Origin: Acaryochloris thomasi RCC1774 | GTDB lineage: Bacteria; Cyanobacteriota; Cyanobacteriia; Thermosynechococcales; Thermosynechococcaceae | Assembly (NCBI RefSeq): GCF_003231495.1 | Contig: NZ_PQWO01000045.1 | Coordinates: forward strand, 1-17,834 | Length of the DNA: 17,834 bases | Reading direction: 5' to 3' | Translations under genes and position numbers: made by a program | The notes under the pieces: generated by a model | Told to the model about the DNA's origin: nothing | What the model saw: only the letters and a program-made list of their open reading frames with translations | Database searches by the model: none | Shown here: positions 1 to 7,198 of the stretch, one piece after another | Layout of the letters: the number at the start of each line of letters is the position of its first letter | Numbering within the stretch: the stretch's first letter is position 1

Positions 1-68
1 GATTGGCGAAGGTCTTGAAGAGTTGATGCTTCATCTTCAGTCAAAGTGATACGCAATGCTGCTGGCAT
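1..68 (-). CDS. Partial 5' end (22 codons) of an IS630-family-like transposase/HTH ORF that runs off the window start
   Basis: The minus-strand ATG at 68..66 translates to MPAALRITLTEDEASTLQDLRQ. This matches my memory of the stereotyped N-terminus (MPAxLRIxLTxxExxxLxxLR) of the HTH ORF of IS630-family elements common in cyanobacteria. Only 22 aa are visible and the ORF is too short for the supplied track. Confidence 0.4.
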   Translation of the reverse strand, partial: MPAALRITLTEDEASTLQDLRQ

Positions 69-94
69 GGAGGAAGAGGCGATAGATACGATAG

Positions 95-1273
95 CTATCT
101 TAAGCTTATTTGCACCTCCCTACTTACACCGCCAAACTCCCGCATTAACCCGTCTCCATAGAATTGGGTGCTGGTCACCGCCTGATTATGAAAAGCTATC
201 AAACCAGGGGGATTCGAGTAGGAGAAATAGATAGCCTTATCCACACTATTGGAAATCGCATCATAGTTGGAGGGCGTTCCTAATACCCATTGCTGCGGTG
301 TCACAAGTTTATCGGAGCCACCATGTAAAATCGCCACTGGAACCTTAATCGCTTCGCCTGTTGATGTGATCTCGATTGGCTTTTGAGTAAAGGGGGAATG
401 AAGCCGTCGTAATAGCCAAATAGCAAAACCAGGGATACCCATCAATGTGCTAGGGGCTGGATCTGCAACCACGATCTTCTGGGGCACAACTCGGGGGTCA
501 CTGTCACAGGTCACCTTAGAGGGCACACTCAAGGCGATTAGGCCACCAATGGAATGACCAAAGGCAAACGTAGACAACTCAGTAGTCGCCCAGTGGGGGT
601 AATCAAGGGTCAATTCTTTCCATGCATTTTCAGTCAGCTTCACTGCGTTCGCCAACCAGCAGGTTGGATATTGAAACAAGCTGATGCCCACCGTGGAGAG
701 CAGGTGAATGATATTTTTTGAATACTCCTGACGAATGAAGCCCAGGAGCTTAAAGAACCCAATCAAGAGCAATAACACCCAAGCGACTCGACGAACATCG
801 CTTGCCATCGGCTGCTCTAATCCAGGCCCCCACTTCATCTCTTCCGCTTGGGGCCACTCTTTTTGATCGAGGGACAGGAGTTCATTGACGCTGAGAGCCT
901 GCTCCTCTTGCTGGGTTACTTTCTTACCAGTAGCAATGGAATACCAGCGCTTCCAATGTTCGATATCTTCATCTTCCCGAGTCTGAGGAGAAGCGGAAGG
1001 AAGGACGGTGCGATAGAAACTGGGCTGGAAGTCAGGGAAAAAGATGATGTAGCCCTCCTTCACCAGTTGGAGCATATGCTCCTCATAAAAATCAGGGATG
1101 CACAGGGCGAACCCATGAAGATACACAATTGATTTGAGCGGGTTCCCTGGTTTTGTGGCAGTGTCGGGGACGTAAACCCGCATGTAGGTCCCAGAGACAT
1201 GATCTCCTGATTGGTGAATTCGATACCCTGCTCGTTGCTCAGTTACCCAATCAACGTCATGCTTTGCGGCCAT
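95..1273 (-). CDS. Alpha/beta-fold hydrolase, lipase/esterase-like, with a hydrophobic insertion
   Basis: The track ORF is 95..1312. I prefer the ATG at 1273 (MAAKHDVDW) because GAAGGAGAAGTCATA lies just upstream as a Shine-Dalgarno-like sequence. The nucleophile elbow is GHSIGG (Ser codon at 553..551). The oxyanion-region motif is VYLHGF. Candidate acid and base residues lie in LHGGSDKLV and IAFHNQ. A hydrophobic segment (VAWVLLLLIGFFKLLGFI) sits in a long insert before the nucleophile. Confidence 0.8.
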   Translation of the reverse strand: MAAKHDVDWVTEQRAGYRIHQSGDHVSGTYMRVYVPDTATKPGNPLKSIVYLHGFALCIPDFYEEHMLQLVKEGYIIFFPDFQPSFYRTVLPSASPQTREDEDIEHWKRWYSIATGKKVTQQEEQALSVNELLSLDQKEWPQAEEMKWGPGLEQPMASDVRRVAWVLLLLIGFFKLLGFIRQEYSKNIIHLLSTVGISLFQYPTCWLANAVKLTENAWKELTLDYPHWATTELSTFAFGHSIGGLIALSVPSKVTCDSDPRVVPQKIVVADPAPSTLMGIPGFAIWLLRRLHSPFTQKPIEITSTGEAIKVPVAILHGGSDKLVTPQQWVLGTPSNYDAISNSVDKAIYFSYSNPPGLIAFHNQAVTSTQFYGDGLMREFGGVSREVQISLR

Positions 1274-1366
1274 TATGACTTCTCCTTCAAGGAATAATTG
1301 CGGTCTGCTCAAGTACTAAAGGGTTTGGGGATCGTACATCCTTACCCTATTCAACGATCAGTATTC

Positions 1367-3106
1367 CTAAACTCTCTGACAGTGCTGGGTGGCAACATGA
1401 TGACCAATCAAATATGCTGTCATCTGTGGACTCACCCTAGGAAGCGGTGCAGCAGAAAGATCGGCGACATAAATGTTCTGACTGCCAATGACTTTACCCG
1501 TATCGTGGGCGGACTCCTCTCCTCGGTTGAGGGCTTTGCCAAATACACAGCCGCCTGACAGGTGCTGCTCGGTGAGCAAATCATTGCGACTATAGTGCTG
1601 AATATAGTCATCCACCTGTAACTTTGAATAGGGCATTCGGGTGAATAGTCGAATCAAGAATTGAAAGAATGGGTGAGGTTTAGCACCTAGTGATTCGACA
1701 AGGGGAATTTGATTGATGAGAGCTGTTCTAGCAATTCGATAGTCTGGATCATCCTGGAGCGGGCTAGCTTGGAAACATCGAAGGATAACCTCATACAGTT
1801 TAGATTTGTCTGATGGAGGATCAGTCTTACCATCAGAGGGTTGATAGAATCCTTCACGAACAATATTGAATTTCACAATGGCTGAAATAAGATTCCACTG
1901 GTGCTGTCCCATCTGAGTCGGATGCCGAAGGGACCACAGAAGATCGTCGAGGCCATTCAATCGGGCAATCAACCATCGACTAACATCCTTAAGCTGTTGA
2001 AAGACCCGTGGGTTGCCGATCATCAGTACCTTGAGCCAGTTCGGCACCCAAAAGGCTAGGAATAGATGAGAAATCAAGTAAATCAGGACATCCAATTGAC
2101 CAGAGAAGAAGTCAAAGTTGCAAACGGTTGGCTCTTCGGCTTCATCTTCCCCGAGGCGAACTTCGGTGGTGGCAAACAGGGAGAGATACTGGTCTTTAAG
2201 ACTGACCTGAAGAGGCTTAGGAAGCAGGTAAATCCCAAAGGGCAGGAGAATATGATCGTTGACATGTTCACCAATTTCAAGATTTTGGAGACGATCTCGA
2301 TGCTCGTAAAGCAATTGGGGGGTCGCTGCTCCAGCACAGAGGAGAAGTTTGGTGTGGTTACCCAATAAGTGGGTTTTAAGGTCTCCTGTTTCTAGGTTCT
2401 CGATGGTAATTGCTGAACAACGTAGGTCTTCATCATCTGCTGCTTCGAGCTGCAGATGAGTCACTTTCCGTTGAGTCACATAGTCCAATCGAGGGTTGTC
2501 AGACCAGTGCAGAAGGGAGATCCCACTATGGGTCCGTTGACCAAATTCATTGAACTGAGTGGGAAAGATGTGGATCTGTTTGTCTTGATCGTCTGGATAG
2601 ACGGGGATATGCCCACTATTATCTTTGTTGATAGTGAATTGCTGGGCTTCTAATTTTGCTTTGACATACTCAGCCGCTGGCGTCAGTGTCCGGTTCGGAT
2701 CTGTCCGTTCGAAGGCTTGTGATAGTTCTGCTTTTCTATCTGTCCAATAATCTGGATCATGCCCAAGATGCTCACTCAGCCACTGGGATGATTCAAAGAT
2801 CATGGTGTAGTTGATGGAGCCACCCCCTCCCATTGTGCAGGCTCGACCGGAAAGGATGGGGGTTCCATCGGGGGTTTGAGCGTTGTGAAGTTTGAAGATA
2901 TTGGCTTCAGAATAGGATTGGGTCCAGTTCCGTTGGTGGGAGATATCACTGGTTTCAAAGAAGTTCTCGCCTTCTTCTATAACCAAAACGTTTCCCTGAG
3001 TTGAACAGGCGAGGTATTGATGCAGAAACGCACAGGCTCCATTGCCAGATCCCACGACAATATAGTCATATTGCTCAGAATTCGGACAGTCGGCTAGCTT
3101 TGGCAT
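1367..3106 (-). CDS. GMC-family (glucose-methanol-choline) FAD-dependent oxidoreductase
   Basis: 579-aa ORF. The N-terminal Rossmann motif is YDYIVVGSGNGACAF followed by VLVIEEG. The GMC signature is GGGGSINYTMIF. C-terminal GMC features are EQHLSGGCVFG and NIYVADLSAAPLPRVSPQMTAYLIG. An atypical hydrophobic stretch (VLIYLISHLFLAFWVPNWLKVLMIG) lies in the middle. The gene is 55-94 nt upstream of the hydrolase on the same strand. Confidence 0.85.
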   Translation of the reverse strand: MPKLADCPNSEQYDYIVVGSGNGACAFLHQYLACSTQGNVLVIEEGENFFETSDISHQRNWTQSYSEANIFKLHNAQTPDGTPILSGRACTMGGGGSINYTMIFESSQWLSEHLGHDPDYWTDRKAELSQAFERTDPNRTLTPAAEYVKAKLEAQQFTINKDNSGHIPVYPDDQDKQIHIFPTQFNEFGQRTHSGISLLHWSDNPRLDYVTQRKVTHLQLEAADDEDLRCSAITIENLETGDLKTHLLGNHTKLLLCAGAATPQLLYEHRDRLQNLEIGEHVNDHILLPFGIYLLPKPLQVSLKDQYLSLFATTEVRLGEDEAEEPTVCNFDFFSGQLDVLIYLISHLFLAFWVPNWLKVLMIGNPRVFQQLKDVSRWLIARLNGLDDLLWSLRHPTQMGQHQWNLISAIVKFNIVREGFYQPSDGKTDPPSDKSKLYEVILRCFQASPLQDDPDYRIARTALINQIPLVESLGAKPHPFFQFLIRLFTRMPYSKLQVDDYIQHYSRNDLLTEQHLSGGCVFGKALNRGEESAHDTGKVIGSQNIYVADLSAAPLPRVSPQMTAYLIGHHVATQHCQRV

Positions 3107-3162
3107 TGCTGCACCCCAATGGCTTGTATACGTTGCGAAATTTGAGCGGGCTTCTCTGGACT

Positions 3163-3351
3163 TTAAATTGTGGTTGAGTCGGCTCCCATAAAGCCAACCT
3201 TGATTCCAGCTCCCTTCAATGTCTCTATCGCTCTGCTATGGATGAAAAGCAATAGCAATAGACCCAGCACAGATAGGAACAAACCCAATATCAATACAAC
3301 GATTCCGACTATCGGAAACTTCAGGGCTTTTCCACGGTAAATGATGGTCAC
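3163..3351 (-). CDS. Small hypothetical membrane protein (62 aa, GTG start)
   Basis: Track ORF with one strong hydrophobic helix (FPIVGIVVLILGLFLSVLGLLLLLFI). Its GTG start overlaps the TGA stop of the upstream small ORF, reading GTGA. It ends 57 nt upstream of the GMC gene on the same strand. Confidence 0.4.
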   Translation of the reverse strand: MTIIYRGKALKFPIVGIVVLILGLFLSVLGLLLLLFIHSRAIETLKGAGIKVGFMGADSTTI

Positions 3352-3515
3352 GATTTAAAAGAGGGCTGCACAGCTATAGATGCCCAGAAGATGGCTTCCC
3401 CCTCTAGGGTGAGCCGAGCAAGATTGGCTGCGATCGCCGCAAGAATCGACCATAGGAGGAGTTTGTGGTACCTAGCAATGTTGCGGAGTTCTGAACGGGT
3501 AAATGTTTTACTCAT
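3348..3515 (-). CDS. Small hypothetical protein (55 aa) below the ORF-track cutoff
   Basis: Hand translation from the minus-strand ATG at 3515..3513 gives MSKTFTRSELRNIARYHKLLLWSILAAIAANLARLTLEGEAIFWASIAVQPSFKS*. It has one hydrophobic segment. The stop TGA (3350..3348) overlaps the GTG start (3351..3349) of the next ORF. No family was recognised. Confidence 0.35.
   Translation of the reverse strand: MSKTFTRSELRNIARYHKLLLWSILAAIAANLARLTLEGEAIFWASIAVQPSFKS
3430..3437. repeat. HIP1 octamer GCGATCGC
   Basis: Exact match, inside the 55-aa small ORF. Confidence 0.95.
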
Positions 3516-3701
3516 CAGCTCGATCCACGATCTGGTTAGTGCGGCACTACTGAGTTATCAACACTATGGTCGTAATTTACGCATGGTCCTAAGATCAAAC
3601 CTTTGCCCACGGGACTGTTAAAAATAGCCCAACCATTTGATACCTAAGGCCTCGCTGGCGTTACGGCTCCTAGCAGGCCTGAAATGCCTGGTGCGATGTA
3701 G

Positions 3702-4021
3702 AAAGCTGAGTGTGAAAGGAGGAATCAACTTCTATTCAATGAGTGGAAAATAGTCTCTGACTCCGGTCACTCTATGCCAAGGCGGGGGTGATACTATTTG
3801 ATATCTCCCAGGCCAATGCGATACAGGGGCATCTCTTTCAAGAGAGGGACAGTGAGAAAGCGATCGCGCTGATGCGGACTGTAGATCAACTCAATCGTCT
3901 ATATGGTCGTAGGGCTGTCTTCTTTGCGAGCGAGGGTTGCACTCAGCAGTGGGCGATGAAGCGGCAGCGGTGTACTCAGGCATATACAACGCGATGGGAT
4001 GAGTTGCCGGTGGTGCGGTGA
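3702..4021 (+). pseudogene. umuC: 3' remnant of umuC (Y-family translesion DNA polymerase V subunit), 5'-truncated and frameshifted
   Basis: The 3788..4021 ORF (ILFDISQANAIQGHLFQERDSEKAIALMRTVDQLNRLYGRRAVFFASEGCTQQWAMKRQRCTQAYTTRWDELPVVR) tracks the E. coli UmuC C-terminus (AGVMLGDF...QLNLFDD...LMTVMDTLN...GRGTLYFAGQGIQQQWQMKR..LSPRYTTR..DLLRV). The same frame extends upstream as LRSLYAKAGV to a TGA at 3758..3760. A second frame gives ...NEWKIVSDSGHS just before that, which implies a frameshift. No palm or finger domains and no umuD are present. Confidence 0.7.
3860..3867. repeat. HIP1 octamer GCGATCGC
   Basis: Exact match, inside the umuC remnant. Confidence 0.95.
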
Positions 4022-4213
4022 TCGACAGTGAATGCTAACTGAAGAAGCATTCGACACACACAGAAATCATCCATTTCTCACTTACTAATCGATGCATAGG
4101 TCAGTGGCAAGCAGAGTTAAATAAACATCAGAAACATTTCATCTTTCCTGAAATACAGGGCGGTACTTTTCTTTGAGTGCTCATGTCATCTCAAGGAATG
4201 TTGACACCTAACA

Positions 4214-4229
4214 TATTGAGTACTCAATA
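4214..4229. promoter_or_regulatory. Perfect 16-bp palindrome TATTGAGTACTCAATA (candidate operator)
   Basis: Exact dyad symmetry read directly from the sequence. It lies in the AT-rich region about 300 nt upstream of the lipoxygenase ATG and is immediately preceded by TTGACA at 4201..4206. No convincing -10 hexamer follows. Confidence 0.3.
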
Positions 4230-4438
4230 CAGAACCACAAAGATTAATTAATATATTCCGTACCATCCATCCATTATCCGTTTTCTAAATAATATACCTA
4301 CGTCATTCAATCAGAATATAAATGCTTTGAAAATTTAAAAATAAGCACTTTGTAAATTCTATTCGCATACATCTATTCCAGAAGTAAATCGTGTTTGGCA
4401 CAAATATTTAAGAGACATAAATTACTCTTTGTTACGGG

Positions 4439-4480
4439 ATTCAGATTTATTCAGATCTTTGCATTTCATCCCAGTATAGT
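4439..4480 (+). promoter_or_regulatory. Candidate lipoxygenase promoter: tandem direct repeat ATTCAGAT-tt-ATTCAGAT plus a TATAGT -10
   Basis: ATTCAGAT occurs exactly at 4439..4446 and 4449..4456, a 10-bp periodicity. TATAGT at 4475..4480 lies 18 nt after the second repeat and 53 nt before the ATG at 4534. Helical-phase direct repeats overlapping the -35 position are the usual layout for OmpR/PhoB-type activator sites. Confidence 0.3.
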
Positions 4481-4533
4481 AGCGGAGATATCTGTAATGC
4501 TCTGCTTGAATTAGTCATATATTTGGAACTGCT

Positions 4534-6519
4534 ATGACAGACTCTAATACTGCTCAAGAAGCTCAGTCTCAGCAATACGAGTATCGGTACGACGCCTTTA
4601 AAAATATTTCACCTAAGTTGATATATCCAATGGCAGTGAAAGTCTTACCTGCTGATCAGTCGTTTACGAAATGGAAGTGGACGAAAAATGTAGTTTCCCT
4701 TGTACTTAGACTAGTTGCAAATCAGGCCATGCAAAATGTATCACTCCGAAAGGGATCGGCCTGCCGCCTGATTACATTTATCCGCTTATACAGAATTTTA
4801 GAAGATCCAAAGAACAGTTCCTATATTGAAAGACTCTTTGATTTCATCATTAGCATTGCCCGAGCGTTGACAAATCGGTTCAAGCGCAGACCTAAATCTC
4901 AAGATATTGAACAAGATGTTAAGCAAAACCAGAAGCCCGATCAGGTGCAAGCCAGGGTTGAGGCAATGGTTGATGATATTCAACAGCAATCTAAAACGAA
5001 GGACCCGGTAAAGCATCTTTCATTTGAGGACTATCGCAATCTATTTCAGATCATCTATTTACCGGATATTAGCAATCATTTTCTTGAGGATCGCTCCTTT
5101 GCAGCTCAACGGGTGGCGGGGGCTAACCCACTGGTCATTATGCAAGTCTCTGAACTCCCTGAGTATTTCAAGGTAACTGAGGAACACTATACAAAGGTGA
5201 TGGGTAAAGATGACTCCCTTCAGGCTGCACTAGACGAGGGGCGGATCTACCTGGCTGACTACAAGATTCTGGACGAAATCGATCCAGGGACTGTTGAGGT
5301 AGGGGTAAACGGTAGCATCAAAGAAACGATTGAGAAATTCGGTTATGCACCTCTAGCTTTGTTTGCGATCGCCTCGGGTGATTGTCCGGGCCGTCTACTG
5401 ACACCGGTTGCGATTCAATGCAGTCAAGACGCTGGCAGTCTCATTTTTACTCCACCCAGTATAGCGGCTGTTGATGAGGAGCGATGGGCTTGGAGAATGG
5501 CAAAGACGGTCGTTCAGGTCGCTGATGGCAATTACCATGAACTAATCTCACACCTAGGACGCACTCATCTGTGGATTGAGCCAATAGCGCTCGGTACCTA
5601 CCGTCGTTTAGCAAAACACAAGTTAGGTAAGCTCCTTCTGCCTCATTTTGAGGGTACTTTCTTCATCAATAATGCTGCTGCAGGTAGCCTGATTGCTAAG
5701 GGTGGTGTTGTGGAAAGTATTTTATCGGGTACGTTGCTATCGTCTGTAACGCTCAGTGTTAAGGCTGCGAAGGGATACCCGTTTGCATTTAATGATTCAA
5801 TGCTTCCCAAAACCTTTGCTGCTCGTGGTGTAGATGATCCACAAAAATTACCGGACTACCCCTATCGTGATGATGCGTTGCTCATTTGGGATGCCATTCA
5901 TAAGTGGGTTAAGTCATACCTTGAGGTCTACTACAGCAGTGATGATGAGGTGCTAAGTGATGCCGTTTTACAGGCGTGGCTAGCAGAACTTGTCGCTGAG
6001 GATGGGGGCCAGATGACAGAGATAGGAGAAGTCATACCAGAGGACAGAAGACCAAAAATCCGAACGTTGGATTATTTGATCGATGCGACAACGCTGATTA
6101 TCTTCACTTGTAGCGTTCAACATGCAGCAGTCAATTTCACCCAAGCATCGTTAATGTCGTTTGCACCCAATATGCCACTGGCAGGATTTAATGCGGCTCC
6201 AACGACTCTTAAAGTCAGTGAAGCAGACTACTTTTCGATGCTGCCATCACTTAGCCTAGCTGAGCAACAAATGAATTTTGGATATACATTAGGATCCGTG
6301 TACTACACTCAAATCGGACAATACAAGGCTAATGAGGTAGAGCTAGAGGAGATGAATCAGCATGATTACTTTGGTGATTCACGAATCTCTCATCACCTAG
6401 AGATTTTTCAGAACAAGTTGAAAGAGATTGAGTTGACCATTCAACAACGGAACGAAACTCGTCCTACTTTTTACGATATTTTGCTGCCGTCAAAAATTCC
6501 GCAATCTACAAATATCTAG
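4534..6519 (+). CDS. Lipoxygenase (non-heme iron, bacterial type; no PLAT domain and no signal peptide)
   Basis: 661-aa ORF with these motifs: FAAQRVAGANPLVI; WAWRMAKTVVQVADGNYHELISHLGRTHLWIEP (His335 at 5536..5538, His340 at 5551..5553); FTCSVQHAAVNFTQ (His530 at 6121..6123, Asn534 at 6133..6135); and a C-terminal IPQSTNI ending in Ile661, the carboxylate ligand. Together these make up the canonical five-ligand lipoxygenase iron site. Confidence 0.93.
   Translation: MTDSNTAQEAQSQQYEYRYDAFKNISPKLIYPMAVKVLPADQSFTKWKWTKNVVSLVLRLVANQAMQNVSLRKGSACRLITFIRLYRILEDPKNSSYIERLFDFIISIARALTNRFKRRPKSQDIEQDVKQNQKPDQVQARVEAMVDDIQQQSKTKDPVKHLSFEDYRNLFQIIYLPDISNHFLEDRSFAAQRVAGANPLVIMQVSELPEYFKVTEEHYTKVMGKDDSLQAALDEGRIYLADYKILDEIDPGTVEVGVNGSIKETIEKFGYAPLALFAIASGDCPGRLLTPVAIQCSQDAGSLIFTPPSIAAVDEERWAWRMAKTVVQVADGNYHELISHLGRTHLWIEPIALGTYRRLAKHKLGKLLLPHFEGTFFINNAAAGSLIAKGGVVESILSGTLLSSVTLSVKAAKGYPFAFNDSMLPKTFAARGVDDPQKLPDYPYRDDALLIWDAIHKWVKSYLEVYYSSDDEVLSDAVLQAWLAELVAEDGGQMTEIGEVIPEDRRPKIRTLDYLIDATTLIIFTCSVQHAAVNFTQASLMSFAPNMPLAGFNAAPTTLKVSEADYFSMLPSLSLAEQQMNFGYTLGSVYYTQIGQYKANEVELEEMNQHDYFGDSRISHHLEIFQNKLKEIELTIQQRNETRPTFYDILLPSKIPQSTNI
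5365..5372. repeat. HIP1 octamer GCGATCGC
   Basis: Exact match, inside the lipoxygenase gene (codons FAIAS). Confidence 0.95.
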
Positions 6520-6689
6520 TTGAGGTGGGTGACGATAGAAGACCTACACTGCTTCCAGACTTAAATCGTTGCCCTTCATTTCTTCCTTAGCAACTACTGG
6601 AGCAAAGCTTATATTGTTCTATTGGTAATATTCTGCTCACTGTCGCTCAGTAAGGCAAGAGAGCATACGGCTGATCAGAAGCGACCGAA

Positions 6690-6730
6690 CCCTACGCCTA
6701 CCGAGCGGCTGAAAAGCTGAGGTAGTAGGG
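6690..6730 (+). other. Imperfect 41-nt hairpin capped by a GAAA (GNRA) tetraloop
   Basis: Hand-folded. Three 5-bp helices: 6690-6694/6726-6730, 6698-6702/6721-6725, and 6706-6710/6715-6719 (which includes one G-T wobble). The loop is GAAA at 6711..6714. There is no following T-run, so it is not a classical intrinsic terminator. It lies 171 nt after the lipoxygenase stop. Confidence 0.3.
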
Positions 6731-7198
6731 GTAACGATACACCGCAGATAATCTCAGCCATACGGCAGGCTGCAGAGGGTGTCCACCAGCCGGGGCTGTA
6801 GTGATGACATTCGGGCTATATCCTGAACATCAGGTAGAGGGGCATCTTCGGGCTTCATATGAAAACTGGGAGCGCCGGAAGTGATAGACGAGTGTGGTGA
6901 AGAGCGGTGCTTCAAACTGGATTAAATACTTAAGGAGATTGCTGCGAATTAACTTCACCCCAGTTCATGTCCATTCGCTCCCATACATGAAGCTTGGCTG
7001 CACTCGATTCGGCATGCAGCGACTACGATTGCCTCATTGAATGTACAGAGGAACAGTCGCCAAGATAGATCCATATTGAAATCTGGCACTCATCACAACG
7101 TTCTGTTGATGGGATACTGCTCGATGCGGCTCTACGCTAGTGACTTAAAGGCAGTGAGCTTGCGCCCTTCTGAAATCATTTAGGACTATTGTAAACCA

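Noticed and set aside
46-234. 62-aa plus-strand ORF at the window start
   Set aside because: It overlaps the 3' end of the well-supported minus-strand hydrolase gene and the IS630-like start. It has no recognisable motif and is probably a shadow ORF.
848-2653. Track ORFs 848..1132, 1298..1558, 2066..2368, 2083..2337 and 2456..2653
   Set aside because: All lie antisense to or out of frame within the hydrolase and GMC genes, which carry clear family motifs. Their translations have no motifs and low-complexity composition.
3391-3621. 76-aa plus-strand ORF (MASPSRVSRARLAAIAAR...)
   Set aside because: It is Arg/Ser-rich, as expected for the antisense strand of a coding region. It overlaps the minus-strand 55-aa ORF, which is coupled to its downstream partner by a GTGA overlap.
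6660-6760. TPP-riboswitch-like words on the minus strand (CTGAGA ... ACCC ... ACCT) and a group II intron domain V-like GCATACGGCT
   Set aside because: The obligatory ACCUGAUCUGGAUAAUGCCAGC core of the TPP riboswitch is absent, and there is no downstream thiamine gene in that orientation. The domain V match is one arm only, with no complementary GAACCGTACG arm and no reverse-transcriptase/maturase ORF.
6792-6820. GGGGCTGTA..., which resembles the 5' end of cyanobacterial tmRNA
   Set aside because: Only about 9 nt match. No tag reading frame, no pseudoknot series and no 3' tRNA-like GGTTCGA.TCC...CCA end occurs anywhere nearby.
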